Source of the DNA: Podarcis melisellensis
Taxonomy: Eukaryota
Reading direction: 5' to 3' (one strand)
Assembly (NCBI GenBank): GCA_964234715.1
Contig: OZ174276.1
DNA: 64,000 bases
The position numbers and the translations under genes are program-made. This document shows, piece by piece, positions 61,200-64,000 of this stretch (position 1 is the stretch's first letter; each line of letters starts with the position of its first letter). The notes beneath the pieces are model-generated. The model searched no databases. It was not told the origin of the DNA and saw only the letters and a list, made by a program, of their open reading frames with translations.

Positions 61200-62285
61200 C
61201 TGTTAGGAGGAAAGGAGGGCTCTGATTATAGAAATCACCCTAAACTAAAGGAACTCCTGAGATTAGTCCTAGATCATCTAGAAGATACAGGCTGATTATA
61301 AACTTCCATTAGACCTACTGCTTGTTCTTTCCAGTTATCAAAAAACCCCAGTAACCGCCAAAGAGGATTGTGAAATGATCATTTATTGCTTAATAGCTAG
61401 TAACATGTGATTACTAATTTCATTATAATACAGGAAGGAATGAAGTGCATATTTTAATTTTTTTCCTCCCCGCTTCCTACAATTTCCCACGAATTCTAAT
61501 TGTTATTGATACAAAATACCTTTAACTTGTAGTCACTGATCTAAGTTAATGCATCAATTCGTATTTGTAATTAATTCTGGTATATATGCTTTGATGCAAC
61601 TTTGCTAATTAATATATCCAGAAACAATTATCTGCGTGTTTATTGCCGTTTGGATTTCAATTTTAAGGAATTGCTGCGTGCCACATGCTGTAATTCAAAC
61701 AAATATATATCTCAATGCAACCATGTTAAAACAGTTTAAAGATGAAAATGAATAAAAACGATGTCACAAAGAAAAACAATAAGGGAAGGAAAACAGGTGG
61801 AATCTGAAAGTATTGGACTGTACATAACTGCATTTATTAGCTAGGCAATTTTGTTTCCATTAATATACCTATGTTTCTAATAAGGCCATTTAGATACTGG
61901 TACTCTGTTCAATGCATAAACACTTATTTAATAATGATAAGGAATCTTCAAGGTATGCATCATAGCTGTCAACTTTTCCCTTTTCTTGCGAGGAATCCTA
62001 TTTGGAATAATGGAATTTCCCTTAAAAAATGGAAAACGTTGACAGCTATGGTATGCATCAAACCTCAAAGTATTTCCTAGCAAAAGAGTAAGTAACTTTT
62101 AAGCCTTAAAGTAGGTTTGTAGGCACTTGCTGTGAGCACATGCGCACCAACACATGAATGCACAGGCACATGTACACACTCATTACTTGAATAATGGTTT
62201 TCCAGTTTCTCTGCCAGGCTTTTCTTAAGTATTGGAGTGTTTTATTAAAATGGCTCAGAAACAGCTTGATTCAGTGCTTTCGTAC

Positions 62286-62431
62286 CAGAATTATCCTCAT
62301 CCTTCCTGATCTTCAATTTGACAAGTTCTTCACACTGCTTTAAGATCTGCACCGCATCCTCCATTGAGCAATTGTCGAGTCGGATATTATCAATGGCTAA
62401 CAGCTTGTCTCCGGGCTCTAAGGTGCCAGTC
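62286..62431 (-). CDS. GRIP2: GRIP2 exon ([30 protein letters not shown]...KDEDNS), PDZ5
   Basis: AG/GT bounded, 146 nt. Confidence 0.95.
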
Positions 62432-62870
62432 CTGTGAGCAATGGGAGGAAAAACAAGCCTGTGTTTAACACATTCCAAATAGCTGCATACTTAGTTCTTC
62501 TCCAAGAGCTGTTGCAGTACTGTGAGTGGTATGGCAACTCTTCTGCAGAAGAGAATTTGCCCAGGTTAATGATTAAAAAAAGACAAGATATTTCTGCATA
62601 GAAACAGGTTCAAATAACTAAAATCCAGCCTGAGAATACACCTCATTATTAGCAATTCCCTCAACTGGTGAAAGTTAGGCAGCCTTTCAACATTTCAATT
62701 GGGGTACCTTAAATAAGTGAGAAAATAAAAAAACGAGTCACAGGTAAATGTGAAGGAAGCTGGTGTCAAGAAAGTGTTTTGTGAATTACAGTTTTTTCCA
62801 TACATCATGAAAGGACATAGGGAGGTGCTGTTATTGGCTGTCCTCATCTCTCATGGTGCGTCATCCAGAG

Positions 62871-63002
62871 CAGAGGTAGCTAACTTGTTGCCCGACAGAT
62901 GCTTGACCACAACTCCCATCAGCCCTGATCACTGGCTTTGCTGGCTGGGGCTGATGGGAGTTGTAGTCCAACTACATCTGGAAGCCTCCATGTTGGCTAC
63001 GT
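62871..63002. mobile_element. Hairpin hAT MITE (older copy)
   Basis: ACAACTCCCATCAGCCC / GGGCTGATGGGAGTTGT internal inverted repeat; same family as 56794. Confidence 0.72.
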
Positions 63003-63366
63003 CAAAATAATATAGACCAGTTTATACTGTGTGTAACTCAGAGAGCAAACTCTTAAGGCATGCATGTTCTACTTTTATATAACAAGGCAGTGCTGGCAAC
63101 ACTGCTTGTACTGGAATCAAGTAGGCTTAAGTGAGATTCCAGGAGTCAGTATGCTTATAAAATACTAATTTATTAAAGCCAGCACTGTACTCTAATTAGA
63201 CCTACTTCTATACTGAGGCCAAAGGAAATGTCAGGCCATGGCACACCTTGTGAATAACTTCAGCAAGTCTAATTACGCACAGGAGGAGAATATGCAAACA
63301 TCTGTGAACTTCGGAAGACATGGAAAATGTTTGGTGTTACAGTTCATTGGTCCTGATGTTTGGGAA

Positions 63367-63590
63367 GGAGCCATCGCTTGGAGGAAGAACGCACATACTT
63401 TGCACAATGAACGTCCCAGTTCAACCCCCAACATCTTAAGCTGAAAAGATCTCGGGAGGCTGGACTAGGAAAGAGCTTTTCTGTTGCCTTCAGGCCCTGC
63501 TTGCTGGCTTCTTATAGGCATCTGGTTGGACACTGTATGAACAGGACGTTGGATTGGATAGGGTGATCCAGCAGGGCTTTTCTTATGCTT
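63367..63590 (+). mobile_element. Degenerate tRNA-headed SINE with CR1-like tail
   Basis: Head ...CTTTGCACAATGAACGTCCCAGTTCAACCCCCAACATC; tail TGGATTGGATAGGGTGATCCAGCAGGGCTTTTCTTATG. Confidence 0.5.
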
Positions 63591-63781
63591 ATTCTTTGTA
63601 TCTCTGACATCTATTTTTCCTCTCCTCATTCTTCTTATATTCTTAGAACTACAGATAGTCAGAGCAGACAATATGCTGGCTTGGAAGTCTGAACCAATAT
63701 AAGGGTCTTCATATGTCTTAACTGGGTTCAGCTGATTTAGTGTCTGAGACTTGTAAGTGGAAAATTAGATTCTTCACTTAC

Positions 63782-63845
63782 CTGTGTGCTACACTTCCCT
63801 TCTTGATATCAGAGATAATTAAAGGCTCCCCAGACTTTCTGCTTG
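63782..63845 (-). CDS. GRIP2: GRIP2 exon ([21 protein letters not shown]), PDZ5
   Basis: Read manually; CAG acceptor, AG|GTAAG donor, 64 nt. Confidence 0.9.
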
Positions 63846-64000
63846 CTGTTGTGAGAGAGATACCAGAGTCAAAACTCAATCTGTACCTCTAGGATAATCT
63901 TTAGCATTACACTAACTTCACAAAGTAGGCATTATACAAGTCTTTAGAGTTCAAAATTGAATGGAAGATTCATGCTGAGAAAGCCTAACACTTGGCCTAA

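Larger units (their letters stand above)
42430..63845 (-). other. GRIP2: GRIP2 gene, 3' portion (PDZ5 C-part, PDZ6, linker, PDZ7, C-terminus); continues beyond the window
   Basis: Ten phase-consistent exons. GRIP2-type residues [38 protein letters not shown] and ASIMTG. SLC6A6-GRIP2 adjacency is conserved synteny. Confidence 0.93.

Overview
Vertebrate genomic DNA, almost certainly a squamate. A lacertid lizard is likely, given the Sauria/Squam1 SINEs with ACCTTT tails and a Squam3-like SINE with a CTT tail. Two genes lie tail-to-tail. (1) SLC6A6, the Na+/Cl--dependent taurine transporter TauT, is on the + strand from ATG 4204 to TGA 29229. Twelve of 13 expected coding exons are visible, and the seventh is absent and most likely falls in the N gap at 15982-16113. 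Adding the expected 125-nt exon gives a 620-aa CDS. A long 3' UTR runs to about 35.8-36.0 kb. (2) The 3' half of GRIP2, a multi-PDZ glutamate-receptor scaffold, is on the - strand with 10 coding exons from 63845 to the stop at 42430. Introns carry SINEs, CR1/L2 remnants, hAT MITEs with 8-bp TSDs, and microsatellites. The most striking non-genic feature is a perfect 322-bp palindrome (2263-2584) built from a Penelope-like retroelement end, with a hammerhead-ribozyme core on each strand, in a presumed SLC6A6 5'-UTR intron. Other notable points: a GC-AG intron, Cys at the mammalian PKC site S322, a NAGNAG acceptor in GRIP2, a template-switch-like A-B-A'-B rearrangement, and back-to-back poly(A) signals between the convergent genes. 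Comparisons to human proteins and repeat families are from memory, not from a search.
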